Positions 62,601 to 64,000 of a stretch of 64,000 bases of DNA are shown piece after piece. A program made the position numbers and the translations under genes. The DNA is from Phaeosaccion multiseriatum (lineage: Eukaryota > Protista > Ochrophyta, other classes): positions 496,001-560,000 of the forward strand of contig OZ218960.1 in assembly GCA_965112735.1 (NCBI GenBank). Reading direction: 5' to 3'. Under the pieces are notes generated by a model that ran no database searches, was not told the origin of the DNA, and worked only from the letters and a program-made list of their open reading frames with translations. Within the stretch, counting starts at the first letter, position 1; the number at the start of each line of letters is the position of its first letter.

Positions 62601-63086
62601 ATGCCTCTATATGCCTCTGTATGCCTTTATATACCTCTGTATACCTCGGCATGCCTCCATATGCCTCTGTCTGCCTCGGTATGCCTCTATATGCCTCTGT
62701 GTGCCTCTGTCTGCCTCGGTATGCCTCCATATGCCTCTATATGCCTGACCTTGAGCTCTGGCCTGCTGGGTAGGAGGTCCCTAAGCAGCACAAGGAGAAA
62801 GTCCGTGTCCAGCCCACGCTCGTGCACCTGAGACGGGGGTGGATGGCAGTGGATGGGGCAAGAGGGGGTTAGGGCAATAGAAGGGGATCCATTCACTCAC
62901 CTCACCCACGCTGCCACTGACCCCATCTACTGCCATCCCCCTTACCCCATCCACTGCCATCCCCCTTCCCCCTTTTCTCCTCCATCCCCATTTACTGCCA
63001 TCCCCCTTACCTCGTCCACAATGACGTGCGATACGCCGTCCAGAAGGGGGTCTGTGGACAGCCTCCGCAGGAGAATACCTGACACA

Positions 63087-63138
<52 letters not shown>

Positions 63139-64000
63139 AGACAATGCTGGATTTTTACGTGCGTGTGACTGAAACGTCTGAAACGCCTTCTTGCCTGTGG
63201 TCATGAAGGTGAGCCTGGTGGCCCTACTGACGCGACTCTCCAGGCGGATCTGATACCCCACAGTCTGCCCCACGGCCTCGCAGCGCTCCTGAGACACGCG
63301 CTCGGCCTGACAGCAGGTAGGGGTGGATGAGGAGGTATATAGGGAGGGAAGGGCGATCAAACTCAAACTAAAACAAGAAAACGTCCCTTCAAGGGCAGTG
63401 CGTAGAGGTTAGAGTTGGAGGGTGGGGTAGGGAGGTAGATGGGTGGGTAGGTAGGCACCCCCCTCCCACCCTCCATTCTGCTTTCCCCTCCTGAACTCGC
63501 TCACTTACTCACCACCCCGACCGCAGAGATCCTCCTCGGCTGTGTGCAGAGGATGCTCATCTGCCCCCCCCTGCCTTGCTCAATAGCCTCATCAAGTAGT
63601 AGCTGGGGTACCTGTTGAGAATAGTGAAGAGAGACACACTGTTGCTCAGCTGTTGCTTAGCTGTTGCACAGCGCTCTTGTTTCGACTGAACTGATACCTC
63701 TCCAAGTACATGCAGTCGTAAGAGTCTTTACGCACCACACACCTACCTGCGTGGTCTTGCCGCACCCGGTCTCTCCTGTATTGTGCCAAGCCATCGACAC
63801 ATCGACAAGAGAGAAGGAGCAGAGCAGGTGGTGATACAGCAGAGCGGTTGGTAATCCATAGTAGACCAGAACCCCCATCCATTGCTCCCCTCCCTCTCCT
63901 CTCCTCCCCTCCTCGCTCCTCCCCTCTCCCTCCCCCCCGCCACCCCCTTCCCCTCTCCCTCCCCTCCCCTTCCTCTCCCCCCTCCTTCACCTGAGAGTAC
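55493..64000 (-). CDS. DEAH-box RNA helicase (DHX57/DHX36/DHX29-like), 5' end outside window
   Basis: [69 protein letters not shown]2 ([14 protein letters not shown]) and OB-fold exons. Confidence 0.93.
56141..56352. repeat. 11-bp minisatellite (GTTGCACTGTA)n with variants, intronic
   Basis: Tandem copies directly visible. Confidence 0.9.
58798..58925. repeat. 20-bp minisatellite (CTGTCCTGACACTCTCCAT-like), intronic
   Basis: About 6 tandem copies. Confidence 0.85.
62360..62745. repeat. 10-bp degenerate minisatellite (ATGCCTCTAT)n, intronic
   Basis: Tandem copies directly visible. Confidence 0.85.

Overview
Intron-rich eukaryotic nuclear DNA with microsatellite-laden GT-AG introns. The gene styles suggest a stramenopile/ochrophyte alga, which is an inference. 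The standout locus is 698-7316 (+). It has an N-terminal LRR cap and 18 intact, same-phase 72-nt exons plus one 69-nt exon, each encoding one LRR. These exons are separated by near-identical 76-79-nt introns that carry a conserved dyad, and they are fused to a membrane-anchored KAP-family P-loop NTPase. Solvent-facing LRR residues differ in every cassette, and the array carries deletion scars, a duplicated block and an insertion at the dyad centre. This makes it a candidate diversifying, exon-shuffled immune receptor. Next comes a young chromodomain-bearing Ty3/gypsy LTR retrotransposon (8797-14239, 4-bp TSD) inside an ankyrin pseudogene. Housekeeping and regulatory genes follow: Derlin-like, Rab6, RPS23, anamorsin/Dre2, C2HC zinc finger, A20/AN1 zinc finger, a D-box securin-like candidate, a protein kinase, a Zn2Cys6 factor, an mRNA cap N7-methyltransferase with a possible SPOC-like N-terminus, and a 5'-truncated DEAH helicase. 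A 15-nt motif (CAGTTGGTGATACAG) is dispersed through both exons and introns. All splice models were read by eye.
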